Sequence record: NC_073064.1
From: Escherichia phage vB_EcoS_PTXU06
Strand: one strand, 5' to 3'
Length of the DNA stretch: 45,904 nt
The number at the start of each line of letters is the position of its first letter. Position 1 is the stretch's first letter. Shown here piece after piece: positions 35,981 to 45,605 of the stretch. The translations under genes and the position numbers were made by a program. The notes beneath the pieces were generated by a model. It saw nothing but the letters and a program-made list of their open reading frames with translations. It was not told the origin of the DNA and did not search any database.

Positions 35981-36239
35981 CCAATAAATCGCAGTCGGAT
36001 ATGTTGTCGATAACGCGAACGTCAGCACCGCGGCGGGCCATTCGCTCATGTTCACGTACCTGGTGCGGCTTCGGTTTTCCTCCGGGGCGCTTCACTTCGA
36101 CGAACACTATTTTGCCGTTGATGATAATAATCAGGTCGGGCGCACCCGCGCGCCCCTCCCATGCCAGTTTGCGGCAGAATCCGCCTACCTCTTTCACCCG
36201 TCGCTTCAGGTGACTTTGAATCTTGCCCTCTGGTGTCAT
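35961..36239 (-). CDS. VRR-NUC domain nuclease
   Basis: PDLIIIINGKIVFVEVKRPGGKPKPHQ matches the VRR-NUC D...E.K core; start at the internal ATG (track start 36311 overlaps the polymerase gene). Confidence 0.55.
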   Translation of the reverse strand: MTPEGKIQSHLKRRVKEVGGFCRKLAWEGRAGAPDLIIIINGKIVFVEVKRPGGKPKPHQVREHERMARRGADVRVIDNISDCDLLVAELVA

Positions 36240-36270
36240 AATCTTATTCCCGTCAAAAGCAACATTTCCG

Positions 36271-38562
36271 CTACTTGCGGTAGCGATACATGCAATCGCC
36301 TTCGGCGGCAAGTGGGAAGCCTTTCGCCCATACAGGCAGGTCGCACATCAGCGCGCAAAGCTCCTCGGTCGTGTAGTCGTCGGTGTCGGGCACTTCTGTG
36401 ATCAATTCATCATGCACCGACAGGACGATTTCATACCCCGCAGCTTCAACGCCGGGCATGGACCATGCGAGAATATCGCGACACAACGCCTGCACTATGT
36501 TCTCCGTAAGTTTGCCGCCGTAGGTATACTGGAAGCCCCACTGGCGCGTCGTCTGATTCTCGCCCTGGTATTTGATGCGGGTGCTGGTACGCTTCTTGCC
36601 GGTGTCTTCGTCAATCTCGGTCGTGACAGACAGTGCGATGCCTGGGTAGCTCATGATGCGCCCTGACGGCAACTCAATTTTAAGCCACCACCCTGCCGCG
36701 TTCGGGTCGTCGCGCTCCTCGTCGAAGGTTGGGTCATGCTTCGCCTTCGTACGGACAATCTTGAGCGCTTTTCTACCGTCCGGGCGAACGTTCGCGCCAG
36801 CCCAGTATGCTTTGCCCGGATTGCGGATTGCACACAACACCGCGTCCTCCAGCTCGGCCCAAAAGGCTACCGTCTTCGGGTGCGCCTCACGCCACATACG
36901 TTTGATTGCGTCACAAGTAAGCCATACGTTTTTCGGCAGTATGTATGTTGGGCGCTCGTCTTTCTTACCTGGCTTCGGCGGGCGTTTCGCTTCGTTAATG
37001 CGGGCGTACTCATAGCCGCGTTTCGCCGCCGCCCAAATGTGATCCGGGAACGTGCCTTTCATCACGTCCGCCATAGTGTAAAGGTCGAGGCCCAGGTTTT
37101 TAGCGAACTGCAAGAACGCCGCGACGCCGCCACCATAGCCCAGTCCCAATTCGCACGCCTTACCAATCTGGCGTAAGTCCTTGCGGTTGGCTTTAATGTA
37201 ATCCGGGTCAAGGCCGAACATCTTACCGGCAGTCTCGCAATAGATATCGCGACCGGACTTAAAGACCATTAACGCTGTTTTCTCGCCAGCGATCCAGGCA
37301 AGGCCGCGCCCTTCCACGTTGGAGTAGTCCGCTACGACAAACTTCTTGCCCTTAGCCGGAATAATGCACCCGCGAACGGTCGAGGCGGTCAGCTTAGATA
37401 TGTCATACGCCCAGTGCGCTGTCCCACGTAACAGGGAGTTGATGCCGTTGGTGAGCATGTGCGACCGGACCCAAAAAGCGACGTCGCTCTCGCCTTCGCG
37501 GCGCTTAATCTTCCCTTCGTGGTCGTCGCTATACTCGCCGCGTGCCAGGTTTTGCGGCTGGAAGCCTTTACCAGCCCAGCGCAGCGTGCGCTTTGCGCCA
37601 CCATACTGAAGACACCCACGGCGGCGACCATCTGCGGATAGGCCATTAACTAGCGGATTGTACTTAGTCGATGCCGTTGATGACGCACCGAGGCGCATTT
37701 CGATAAGCGCTTTGCCTTCGTCGGGGAAGTCCGGGTCTTCAAGCAGGTCGTTAAGTGTGGATTTCTGCGCGTTGTGGATTGTGAACGCCGGGGCGATATC
37801 ACGCAGGATTGGCAGGAAGTCATTGCCTGTCAGCTTACCGCCAAATCGCTCCCAGGCTTCTTCCTTCAATTCTTCCTTATGCGCCTGCACCGCTTTGATC
37901 GCGGCGTTCGCCAGGTCAACGTCCACATAGAAGCCGCGGTCGTTGATCAACTGGTCGATAAGCAGGATTTCATCTTCCTTCGGAGTATTACCCCAGTCCG
38001 GTATGCGCCAGTAGACTTCACGCATTGCGATAATATCCAGCGCGGCATAGCGCAGAAATTTGGCCCATTCTTCCGGGTGAGTCTCGCGAGTGTAGCGGCG
38101 TATTTTGTAGGTCTTAGGGGTAGGCTTACAGAATCGTTTAATCAGCGCCTTACCTGCCTTATCCTTCGCGTGCTCTGCGTCAACGCCCAGCACCTGGCAC
38201 TGCATATCGAGGCTACCCGGCAGCGCGTGGCGAAAGGCCATAATCATGGTGTCTTCGATCTGGCTTACCGGCAGGTCGATGCCCCACTTCTCACGGATAA
38301 CCAGGCGGTCAAACAGGAGGCCGTTAGCCATCACTATTTTTGCTTTCTTGCGGGATACATGGCGGAGCGCCTTGCGCAGTTCACGCGGCATTGTGGGGGA
38401 TTCAGTGCAATCCCATGTCTGCACGCGGCCTTCGTCGATGGCGTAGGTGCAAATCATAATCTCGGTGGTTTGGTGCTCCGCGTAGGCGTACGCCCCAACT
38501 TTCTTCAGGTCCACCCCGCTAAATGTCTCGGTATCGAGAAACAGGCGTTCGAAGTCTTTCAT
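36271..38562 (-). CDS. DNA polymerase I (family A) with 3'-5' exonuclease domain
   Basis: 763 aa; N-terminal exonuclease motif LFLDTETFSG (D-x-E); C-terminal polymerase motifs including LSVHDELITEV. Confidence 0.9.
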   Translation of the reverse strand: MKDFERLFLDTETFSGVDLKKVGAYAYAEHQTTEIMICTYAIDEGRVQTWDCTESPTMPRELRKALRHVSRKKAKIVMANGLLFDRLVIREKWGIDLPVSQIEDTMIMAFRHALPGSLDMQCQVLGVDAEHAKDKAGKALIKRFCKPTPKTYKIRRYTRETHPEEWAKFLRYAALDIIAMREVYWRIPDWGNTPKEDEILLIDQLINDRGFYVDVDLANAAIKAVQAHKEELKEEAWERFGGKLTGNDFLPILRDIAPAFTIHNAQKSTLNDLLEDPDFPDEGKALIEMRLGASSTASTKYNPLVNGLSADGRRRGCLQYGGAKRTLRWAGKGFQPQNLARGEYSDDHEGKIKRREGESDVAFWVRSHMLTNGINSLLRGTAHWAYDISKLTASTVRGCIIPAKGKKFVVADYSNVEGRGLAWIAGEKTALMVFKSGRDIYCETAGKMFGLDPDYIKANRKDLRQIGKACELGLGYGGGVAAFLQFAKNLGLDLYTMADVMKGTFPDHIWAAAKRGYEYARINEAKRPPKPGKKDERPTYILPKNVWLTCDAIKRMWREAHPKTVAFWAELEDAVLCAIRNPGKAYWAGANVRPDGRKALKIVRTKAKHDPTFDEERDDPNAAGWWLKIELPSGRIMSYPGIALSVTTEIDEDTGKKRTSTRIKYQGENQTTRQWGFQYTYGGKLTENIVQALCRDILAWSMPGVEAAGYEIVLSVHDELITEVPDTDDYTTEELCALMCDLPVWAKGFPLAAEGDCMYRYRK

Positions 38563-38729
38563 TGCTTTATCCTCACTACGGCGTCAGCGCTGCCGATCAT
38601 GGAGAAGATGCCGTCGGACAGGGCGATTTCTTCGCCGTTGTTGCGAATCTCGGCAACTGTGAAATATTCCCCCAGTAGCTTGGACCATACTTGCATTCCG
38701 ACTTTTACTTCGCTGGCTTTAATACGCAT
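38559..38729 (-). CDS. small hypothetical protein (56 aa)
   Basis: Stop overlaps the polymerase ATG (ATGA); below the ORF-track cutoff. Confidence 0.3.
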   Translation of the reverse strand: MRIKASEVKVGMQVWSKLLGEYFTVAEIRNNGEEIALSDGIFSMIGSADAVVRIKQ

Positions 38730-38744
38730 TTTTCATTGTCCTAT

Positions 38745-38768
38745 TAAAAAGCCCGCATTAAGCGGGCT
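38745..38768 (-). terminator. rho-independent terminator (minus strand)
   Basis: AGCCCGC-TTAAT-GCGGGCT hairpin followed by TTTTT on the minus strand. Confidence 0.55.
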
Positions 38769-38787
38769 TGAATAGTGGGCTTTGCCC

Positions 38788-39573
38788 TTAACGGCGGCGA
38801 CGTTTACGTGGTGCTTCGTCTTCGTCGTCTTCGTCCTCATCTTCGTCATCGCGGGACTTGCGGCGTTTGCGAGGTTTTTCATCTTCGTCTTCGTCGTCGT
38901 CATCGCGGCGCTTGGATTTCTTGGACTTGCGCGGCTTGTCATCTTCATCATCGTCATCACGACGTTTTGACTTCTTAGCCTTGCGCGGTGCTTCGTCTTC
39001 GTCGTCGTTGTCCAGGTCTTCATCGGAGCAAGAAGACCCGCCACCGCCGAAGGATTCACCGTCATCACGGAAGCGTAAACCCAGCAAGCCAGCACCGAGT
39101 CCCTTGCCGTTGGTGTTGTTCCACGCCCAAATATCAAGGGACACGTTGCAATAACAACCGGAGTAGATCTCCTGGCCTTCAATCTCGTCGCCGTCGATGG
39201 TCAGACCCTGTTCAGTCTGCTTCTCGCCGAGTGACGTTTGAATGATAGGCTGTTTGAACGATTTGGCGTTGATGTACAACATGCCTTCGAATTCTTCGGT
39301 AACTTCGTCGCGCTCGTCACCGTCGCGAACTGCACATTCCTTAGAATCCTGGGCATAGTGGCGGTCCATCCACTTATCGGCATTCTTCTCGGATTTCAGC
39401 TTGTCGGTGAGCACTGCGCGTGCTGCCGCTTCCACTTTGTCCACCTGCGGATCTTCTTTATCCAGAAGAATCACGGCACGGTATGCCGGTTTTTGCCCAT
39501 CCTGTTTAGGGGTATCACGTTCCCAAATTTTCAGGAAGCATACGCGCACATTTTTCAGGTTGACTTTAGCCAT
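38788..39573 (-). CDS. putative ssDNA-binding protein (DUF2815-like) with repetitive mixed-charge C-terminal tail
   Basis: Start at ATG 39573 with GAGGA RBS (MAKVNLKNVRVCF...); three tandem RRDDDDEDE-KPRK-KKSK repeats at the C-terminus. Confidence 0.45.
   Translation of the reverse strand: MAKVNLKNVRVCFLKIWERDTPKQDGQKPAYRAVILLDKEDPQVDKVEAAARAVLTDKLKSEKNADKWMDRHYAQDSKECAVRDGDERDEVTEEFEGMLYINAKSFKQPIIQTSLGEKQTEQGLTIDGDEIEGQEIYSGCYCNVSLDIWAWNNTNGKGLGAGLLGLRFRDDGESFGGGGSSCSDEDLDNDDEDEAPRKAKKSKRRDDDDEDDKPRKSKKSKRRDDDDEDEDEKPRKRRKSRDDEDEDEDDEDEAPRKRRRR
38820..39010. repeat. about 3 tandem ~60-bp coding repeats
   Basis: Repeated CTTCGTCGTC...CATCGCGGCGCTTG...CTTGCGCGG units read directly. Confidence 0.6.
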
Positions 39574-39663
39574 TTTCCAATTCCTCATTTTCACATGTAT
39601 CGGGGTAATTGGAAGCCACCCCGTTCGGCTTGGTTGCCAATTTACTTGGTTGCGCCTGAGCGG

Positions 39664-39906
39664 TCAAGCATTTTCATTAAAAAGATTTCTGGTAACGTAG
39701 TTGGTAGCGTTCTCGATCCAGCTTAATGGCGGGCGGTCGCCATGTCTCGCGATCCACGCCACGGCAATGGTGCTGTATCCATCGTCCAGCCATTGGGTCG
39801 GATGTCGAATCATCCACGCCACCATTAACACGCCTTGCACACAATGCAGGATAAAACCCAGCGCGCCGAGCAAAAACATCAATAAGATTGCGAATACTTT
39901 ATTCAT
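39664..39906 (-). CDS. small membrane protein
   Basis: 80 aa; N-terminal TM helix (VFAILLMFLLGALGFIL). Confidence 0.45.
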   Translation of the reverse strand: MNKVFAILLMFLLGALGFILHCVQGVLMVAWMIRHPTQWLDDGYSTIAVAWIARHGDRPPLSWIENATNYVTRNLFNENA

Positions 39907-41329
39907 TGCTTAAATCCTCGTCAGTAGCTTCTGACCACGCAGGGCGCGGGTCGTCAATGGGTGCTAATACAGGTTTAGCCGGTGCGCGTGTGATTTTATC
40001 ACACAGCTTCGCCCATACTTTCGGTTTCTCGTCCTTCAGCACCTTCTCGGCATCCGTAGGACTGAGTAATGTTTCTTTGTACATAACATCGCGCTTGATC
40101 CGGGCCTTCGTGAAGATCTCAATCACTTCGCTTTCGTCCGCCCACTTGCGGATCCCTTCCTTACCGGCAACCATTTTGAGGCCCAGCGATTCGCCATCGC
40201 CAGCCATAACCGCCTTGAATACCGCGGACTCGATAGCCTTGATGTGCTGGCGCATTGCGTCTAAACCTTCATACGCCTTGCGCAGTTCCGCGGCAGTCAT
40301 AGCGCCGGAGGCCGCTTCTTTCTTGCCACGCTTCGCACGTCGTGCCGCTTTGCGGGCTTCGCGGGCCATATTGCGGTCATGATTGGCGCATTCTTCCTCT
40401 GTCGCAATACTCACGTCGTCGCCCAGGTCTTCGTCTGTTGCCGTTGGTGGGGTCATCGTGTCGATTGCAGCCTTAGCGCGGGCGCTACACTGGTCCGCAA
40501 ATCTGCACCACTGACACGCATCAACGCTCGGTCGGAAGTCGGCACGGGTGAGTCCCTTTTTGCCGCGGGCGTACGCTTCCAGGGCGGCGATAGCACGCTT
40601 GGACGCAAACTTCGCGAATATCTCCAGGGCTTCTACCGAAATATCCCACTCCGACGCCCCGCCGCAATACGGCTGGAAGATAACCAGGCGCACGGTCGTG
40701 ATGTCGTACATGGATTGCAGCTTGCGCAGCAGGCCGAGCGCATACAGCATAAGCTGTTTGTTTTCTTTCGCCTCGACCTTATGCCGCCCCGTCTTCAGGT
40801 CGCCAACAATCAGCATGTACGTGCCGTCGGTCTTCTTCATGACCATGACCATATCCGCAGTGCCGAACGTCTTAACCCGGTTGCCGTCGATCTCGAAGCC
40901 AGAGTGTAGGACGCGGGTGAGATCGGCGCGCATCTCAAGCTGAACAAACTCCGCCACTTCGAGGAGCGGTCGCCAGTGGTCGATGTACGCGTCGCACTGT
41001 TTCACCATGTCGTCGTTGACCAGTACGCCGCCTTTCGGTGCTTTCGGGTGCGCCTTTACCGGCCCCTTACCTTCGTTCTCGACGTAGCACCCTTTGTACG
41101 TTTTCGCGGTTATCAGCTTCTCACCGGCAATAATGCGGTTTAGCACGACTTCCGATACTGTGTGCATACTCGTACCGTTAATAGCCGCTTGCCCGGATTC
41201 GTTCGGGATACCCTGTTCTACCACCAGGGCGGCGGGGCAACCCATCCATTTTTTAGCACCGGATGGCCCGAGTAATGAATGTTCCGTATTACTACCGGAT
41301 TGTGTTTTGCGCTTCGGTTTAATCGCCAT
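39899..41329 (-). CDS. PD-(D/E)xK nuclease, Cas4/RecB-like with Cys cluster (DUF2800-like)
   Basis: 476 aa; N-terminal HSLLGPSGAKKWMGCP; C-terminal cysteine cluster C...CQWCRFADQC. Confidence 0.55.
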   Translation of the reverse strand: MAIKPKRKTQSGSNTEHSLLGPSGAKKWMGCPAALVVEQGIPNESGQAAINGTSMHTVSEVVLNRIIAGEKLITAKTYKGCYVENEGKGPVKAHPKAPKGGVLVNDDMVKQCDAYIDHWRPLLEVAEFVQLEMRADLTRVLHSGFEIDGNRVKTFGTADMVMVMKKTDGTYMLIVGDLKTGRHKVEAKENKQLMLYALGLLRKLQSMYDITTVRLVIFQPYCGGASEWDISVEALEIFAKFASKRAIAALEAYARGKKGLTRADFRPSVDACQWCRFADQCSARAKAAIDTMTPPTATDEDLGDDVSIATEEECANHDRNMAREARKAARRAKRGKKEAASGAMTAAELRKAYEGLDAMRQHIKAIESAVFKAVMAGDGESLGLKMVAGKEGIRKWADESEVIEIFTKARIKRDVMYKETLLSPTDAEKVLKDEKPKVWAKLCDKITRAPAKPVLAPIDDPRPAWSEATDEDLSNE

Positions 41330-41517
41330 TATTCCACCCTTGAAAATTGAGCAATGTAATAATCGTGTTCAACATTGGCCCGCTTCGCGGCATTGTTCAT
41401 GGTAGCCGCCAGTCCTCGAGCTTGCATCCAGCAGCAATTCCAGTTTTGATTCATAACAATTTCTGGTTGCTCGTCGCCGGTAATACGGCAACGAAATAAA
41501 ACAAAGAATATAGCCAT
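41329..41517 (-). CDS. hypothetical protein
   Basis: 62-aa ORF in the same-strand gene train. Confidence 0.35.
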   Translation of the reverse strand: MAIFFVLFRCRITGDEQPEIVMNQNWNCCWMQARGLAATMNNAAKRANVEHDYYIAQFSRVE

Positions 41518-41769
41518 TTATTTTGTCTCCCAGCGGTCAATTGTTTTTGCTTCGGATGCAACTGCGAAGCGAACATATTCCAGATTGGAATCCGCCCAAA
41601 TATAAAAGTCGGGGTTAGTAAAGGTGGTGCGCTTAATTTGCGCGGGGGTGTTACGGCGTTTATCTATTACGGCAACGCGTGACTGAAAGCTGCCGATGCG
41701 TTCGAATAGCCAATAGTACGGGCGCTGGTCGCGGGAGTCCACCGCCTCGATTAGCGTGAAGCGTGCCAT
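41518..41769 (-). CDS. hypothetical protein
   Basis: 83-aa ORF. Confidence 0.45.
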   Translation of the reverse strand: MARFTLIEAVDSRDQRPYYWLFERIGSFQSRVAVIDKRRNTPAQIKRTTFTNPDFYIWADSNLEYVRFAVASEAKTIDRWETK

Positions 41770-41782
41770 TGTCTCGTCCTCT

Positions 41783-41809
41783 AAAAATAGGCCCGCAGAT
41801 TAGCGGGCC
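41783..41809 (-). terminator. rho-independent terminator (minus strand)
   Basis: GGCCCGC-TAATCT-GCGGGCC hairpin followed by TATTTTT on the minus strand. Confidence 0.55.
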
Positions 41810-41817
41810 GGAATATA

Positions 41818-41943
41818 TTAATCTTCACCGCCGAGTTGTCTATAAACCTCGTCCGGGTCGTCGCCTCTTTCTTCGCAGAAGGCGGTGAACGCCGCCCAAT
41901 TTTCTGCTATGAAATCGAGCATGATTCTCATTTCATAGTCCAT
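41818..41943 (-). CDS. small acidic hypothetical protein (41 aa)
   Basis: Below the ORF-track cutoff; starts 5 nt after the upstream gene's stop. Confidence 0.25.
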   Translation of the reverse strand: MDYEMRIMLDFIAENWAAFTAFCEERGDDPDEVYRQLGGED

Positions 41944-41947
41944 GATA

Positions 41948-42463
41948 TTAATCTTCCAGTTCGAAATAGGTTTCGACGATTTCTTTTAGCTCTTTGTGGA
42001 AGTCTTCGACGTCGTCATCTTCCAGCTTGGCGATTGATTTGATCTCGAACGATTCCAGCAGGTCGTCGAATTCGTCGTTCGCATCGTCGTCATCACCACC
42101 GGCGATAATCGCGGCATACTGTTTGATTTCGTCGCGCATCTCCGCCAGCGGATCGGCATCTTTCTTACCTTTGCCTTTCGCCGGTGCTTTCTTAGACTTA
42201 GCCGGTTTTTCGTCTTCGGCATCGTCGTCGTCATCTTCTACGACTTCTTTTTTAGCCTTACCTTTCGCCGGTGCTTTTTTAGCTTTAGCCGGTTTTTCGT
42301 CTTCGGCGTCATCGTCGTCATCTTCGACAACTTCTTTTTTGGCCTTAGACGGCTTCTTGTCTTCCTGTTTACCAACGGCAGCGCCAACGGTTTCATAATG
42401 CTTTGCAATGGTTTCCAGTGCTACTACGCCGCGAGTGATCAGGTTTACGATTTGCTCAAACAT
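41948..42463 (-). CDS. acidic repeat protein (possible early protein)
   Basis: Start at ATG 42463 with GGAGA RBS; two tandem ~32-aa Lys/Ala- and Asp/Glu-rich repeats; very acidic C-terminus; first gene downstream of a strong candidate promoter. Confidence 0.5.
   Translation of the reverse strand: MFEQIVNLITRGVVALETIAKHYETVGAAVGKQEDKKPSKAKKEVVEDDDDDAEDEKPAKAKKAPAKGKAKKEVVEDDDDDAEDEKPAKSKKAPAKGKGKKDADPLAEMRDEIKQYAAIIAGGDDDDANDEFDDLLESFEIKSIAKLEDDDVEDFHKELKEIVETYFELED
42167..42356. repeat. 2 tandem ~96-bp coding repeats
   Basis: Read directly; encode KKEVVEDDDDDAEDEKPAK(A/S)KKAPAKGK repeats. Confidence 0.65.
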
Positions 42464-42659
42464 GGTATATCTCCGATTGGTTAAGTTTAGGTGTCGGCAG
42501 TTAACTTCGTCGGTGGCCTTAACATATTGCCAGGTTACGCGTTCTCCCGTTCGGGTAGTGGACCTGGTTATATAATCACGGTTGGGAATCCTGACACTTC
42601 GATCCGGCCCCTGCGTTGCCCCTCTCCAGTTTGCGTCCTGCATCCTGTCGACGGGGTGA

Positions 42660-42689
42660 ATATTAGATTGGTTGCATGTGGGGTGTCAA
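42660..42689 (-). promoter_or_regulatory. candidate strong promoter (-35 TTGACA, 18-bp spacer containing ATGCAACCAAT, -10 TAATAT)
   Basis: Read on the minus strand; located in the 400-bp divergent intergenic region. Confidence 0.4.
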
Positions 42690-42806
42690 CAACTAATTTC
42701 AAAAAAAAAAGCGCCGAGGCAAAATGCGACGGCGCTAACCAATAAGAGACAATGAGACGGGAATCATTATTACACGCGTGCGCGCCCGTTTCAATATCCA
42801 AAGGAT

Positions 42807-42835
42807 TTGACACCGTGCAGTTTTGGGTGTAGTTT
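42807..42835 (+). promoter_or_regulatory. candidate promoter (-35 TTGACA, 17-bp spacer, weak -10 TAGTTT)
   Basis: Read directly upstream of the HTH protein gene. Confidence 0.25.
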
Positions 42836-42866
42836 CGTTGGTCATTAACCAACTGAGGGCAGAGCA

Positions 42867-43196
42867 ATGAATGTAAACGACGCAATCGAAATGTTAACGA
42901 AGACTGTTAGCAGTGAAACAAGCCGGTCATGGGCTTATACCGATGCCGTTGGGGCGGTGTTATTTGAAATCGAACGACTGCGCAGTGTCGAAAAAGAATT
43001 ACGCGCCAGGCTGGAATTGCTCAACGGTACGGCAGCGAGCAAGCTGCAAAAGCACAATGAAGAAATGGAAGAATACAAAAAACAGGTTATCCGTTTGCGC
43101 GATGAGGGCAAATCTTGGGCGATGATTGCCGAGTTGACCGGAATTAATCAGAGCACAGTGCGCTCCTGGGTACGCAATAATAAAACTTCTAAGTAA
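42867..43196 (+). CDS. small DNA-binding protein with C-terminal HTH
   Basis: 109 aa; KSWAMIAELTGINQSTVRSWVRN helix-turn-helix; GAGGG RBS. Confidence 0.55.
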   Translation: MNVNDAIEMLTKTVSSETSRSWAYTDAVGAVLFEIERLRSVEKELRARLELLNGTAASKLQKHNEEMEEYKKQVIRLRDEGKSWAMIAELTGINQSTVRSWVRNNKTSK

Positions 43197-43206
43197 GGCC
43201 GCGGCA

Positions 43207-45471
43207 ATGAGCTTAATTAAATTCGCTGTAACACGACCCGCTAAAAAAGGCGAAAAAGCCAGGGCGGAAAACTTCCAGATGACTACCGAAGAGTTTTTCG
43301 AATTTATCAATGATGCGAAAGAAATATCCTCGGTGCATATCAACAAGACGGAAGATAAAGCGGAGTATGCGCGCCGCAAGCGTAAGGCCGATGGCATTGT
43401 GGCTTATACCAGTGATGGGCTGCGCCGCAAGACCAGTGCGGTGGACCGCTCGATCCTGTTCTTTGATATTGACCGCACCGACACCCGCACCCTGCGCCGC
43501 TGCCGTAAGGCGTTCATCGACGCGGGTCTGGAACACGTATTTCACACCACCACCGGCGACCGCCACCCGCTGAAGGGCGGCACGCGTTGCGCCCGTTTCC
43601 TGGTGCTCACTGACAAGCCTGTACCGGCTGAAGACCTGGGCCGCGTCCAGTATGCACTATTACACCAACTGGGTCTGTCAGATGTGGACTTCGACGATTG
43701 CACGAAAGACACAAACCGCCTGATGTACCTGCCACACCAGCAGTCCGTTATTAAGTGCCACTATGGCAAGCGCGCCAATGTGCGTCGACTACTCCGTCTG
43801 GCGGACAAGCTGGGGGTGGAAAAAGAGGAAGTACGCCGCGAGCTTACCCAGGGCGACGACGCAGTGGCAGACGGCATTCTGGACTGGTGCTTCCAGGCAG
43901 GATTCGAGGAGTTATCTTCCGGTCGCGGTTATGAAGTGCCGTGCCCGAACGAACATCTGCACAGCGGCGAAGGGTCGACGGCTATCATGGTCAAGGATGG
44001 CGAGATCCGTTTCAAGTGTATGCACACCGGCAACGAGTGTTGCTCGGAGCTAAATAGACACCAGCACCTTGCGCTACGTCTTATCGGGATACCGGACCAC
44101 CTGAACGTCGAGCCGCACAACATGTCCCGTAAGCAAATCGCCGCCATCCTTCCGGGACTGGACGACGAGGAAGTCGAATCCTTATATGAACATATTGTTG
44201 ATGCGGTTGGCGACGGCGAAGAATACGGCGTGTGCACCGATGCGGATCTGGATAACGAGCCGGTTGCGCTGTTCAGCAAGCACGACCCGATTATCGAGGG
44301 GTTGGTTAACTTTAAATCAACCTGGTATATGGCGGGTGAGTCGAACATCGGTAAGTCTTTCTACGTGCTGGGGCAAATGGGTGCGGTTGCCGCGGGGATT
44401 CCGTTCGGTGGCGCGAAGGTCGTCCAGTCCCATTGCTTCTATTTCGACGCGGAAGGTGGCGAAGCCTCCAACCAGCGTAAGGAAGCATTGCAGATCAAAT
44501 ATGAGCACGACCTGGACAAGCTGCACATTATTGACCTGCAATCACGCGGCTGGGATATCACCAGCAAGTCGGGCTTGCGCGAAGTTATCAGCTTTATAAA
44601 CCGCACCGCTAACGGCGAACCGGTTGGCCTGGTAGCTTTCGACTCACTCAACCAGACTGTTGCGCTGCGGTCCGCCGATGCTAAACCGTTTGACGAGAAC
44701 AACGCCAGCGATATGGGTGAAGTGGTCAAGGCGCTGAAGGCCATTGCGGAAAATACAGGCGGCAGTGCGGGCGTCATCCACCACCCGGCTAAAGGTGCAA
44801 ACGGAAGCAGATCCCCCCGCGGGTCCGGCGCGCTGCATGGCGCTGTCGATTCTGCGTTCTTCCTGGAACAGCCGGACGACAACCAGCCGGGACAACTTAA
44901 CCTGTATCACGAAAAGGCACGTAACGGCATCAAGCAAGCGCCGCGCGGCTTCGTCCTGCTCAAGTGCAAGGTTAAGGTGGATCTCCGCAAGTCCGAGGCG
45001 TTCGAAGCCCACCAGTCCACCAGCACCGGGCCGGACTTCGGTGATGTGGTCGCCGGTTGGGACGTCAAGCCGATTGCCTCCACGCCTCGCGACGAGACTC
45101 TGTACCTCGTACCGGTCGCCCTGGCACCGTTCGCCATCGAACAGGCGAAGGCCGCGGGCAAGGCAGCAGTTAAGGAAGAGAACGCCGCGGGACCGCGCAA
45201 CGAAAAAGAGAAAGTGCTTTATGCGGCACTGGAAAAACTGATGGAAGATAACCCGGACCATACCGGATTCAGTAAATCGGCAATTGTCCGCCAGGCTGGG
45301 CTTGCGAAAGGTGGCACATCGACGAAGGCAATCGACGATATGGTCGAGCGCGGCGTACTCGGTTTTTACACAGACCCACACACCGGGGCCATCTATGGGT
45401 CGTCGAATATCGTCATCAAAACGAATATACCCATCACGCTTTCGGCGACAGATGACGACTTAAAAGATTAA
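43207..45471 (+). CDS. primase-helicase (N-terminal primase-like domain, C-terminal P-loop helicase-like domain)
   Basis: 754 aa; central Cys/His cluster (CPNEHLHSGEG...CMHTGNECC); Walker A GESNIGKS and Walker-B-like LVAFDSLNQT. Confidence 0.75.
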   Translation: MSLIKFAVTRPAKKGEKARAENFQMTTEEFFEFINDAKEISSVHINKTEDKAEYARRKRKADGIVAYTSDGLRRKTSAVDRSILFFDIDRTDTRTLRRCRKAFIDAGLEHVFHTTTGDRHPLKGGTRCARFLVLTDKPVPAEDLGRVQYALLHQLGLSDVDFDDCTKDTNRLMYLPHQQSVIKCHYGKRANVRRLLRLADKLGVEKEEVRRELTQGDDAVADGILDWCFQAGFEELSSGRGYEVPCPNEHLHSGEGSTAIMVKDGEIRFKCMHTGNECCSELNRHQHLALRLIGIPDHLNVEPHNMSRKQIAAILPGLDDEEVESLYEHIVDAVGDGEEYGVCTDADLDNEPVALFSKHDPIIEGLVNFKSTWYMAGESNIGKSFYVLGQMGAVAAGIPFGGAKVVQSHCFYFDAEGGEASNQRKEALQIKYEHDLDKLHIIDLQSRGWDITSKSGLREVISFINRTANGEPVGLVAFDSLNQTVALRSADAKPFDENNASDMGEVVKALKAIAENTGGSAGVIHHPAKGANGSRSPRGSGALHGAVDSAFFLEQPDDNQPGQLNLYHEKARNGIKQAPRGFVLLKCKVKVDLRKSEAFEAHQSTSTGPDFGDVVAGWDVKPIASTPRDETLYLVPVALAPFAIEQAKAAGKAAVKEENAAGPRNEKEKVLYAALEKLMEDNPDHTGFSKSAIVRQAGLAKGGTSTKAIDDMVERGVLGFYTDPHTGAIYGSSNIVIKTNIPITLSATDDDLKD

Positions 45472-45546
45472 ATTTTGCGCGCATTGGTTGCCGATATGGG
45501 AATTCCCATATCGCCAAAAGATTAAATTTTGCGCGCATTGGTTGCC
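45462..45546. repeat. two 31-bp direct repeats flanking a perfect 20-bp palindrome
   Basis: AAAAGATTAAATTTTGCGCGCATTGGTTGCC at 45462-45492 and 45516-45546; GATATGGGAATTCCCATATC at 45493-45512. Confidence 0.85.
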
Positions 45547-45605
45547 ATTTTGGGTGTTTTTATCCGGTCGTATTGGTTGCCGTGTAATGTAAATATAGTG
45601 AATAG

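Noticed and set aside
35479-36213. 244-aa plus-strand ORF spanning several small minus-strand genes
   Set aside because: Crosses intergenic terminators and promoters and is antisense to genes with RBSs and domain motifs.
37774-38775. 333-aa plus-strand ORF inside the DNA polymerase gene
   Set aside because: Antisense to a clearly motif-bearing polymerase gene.
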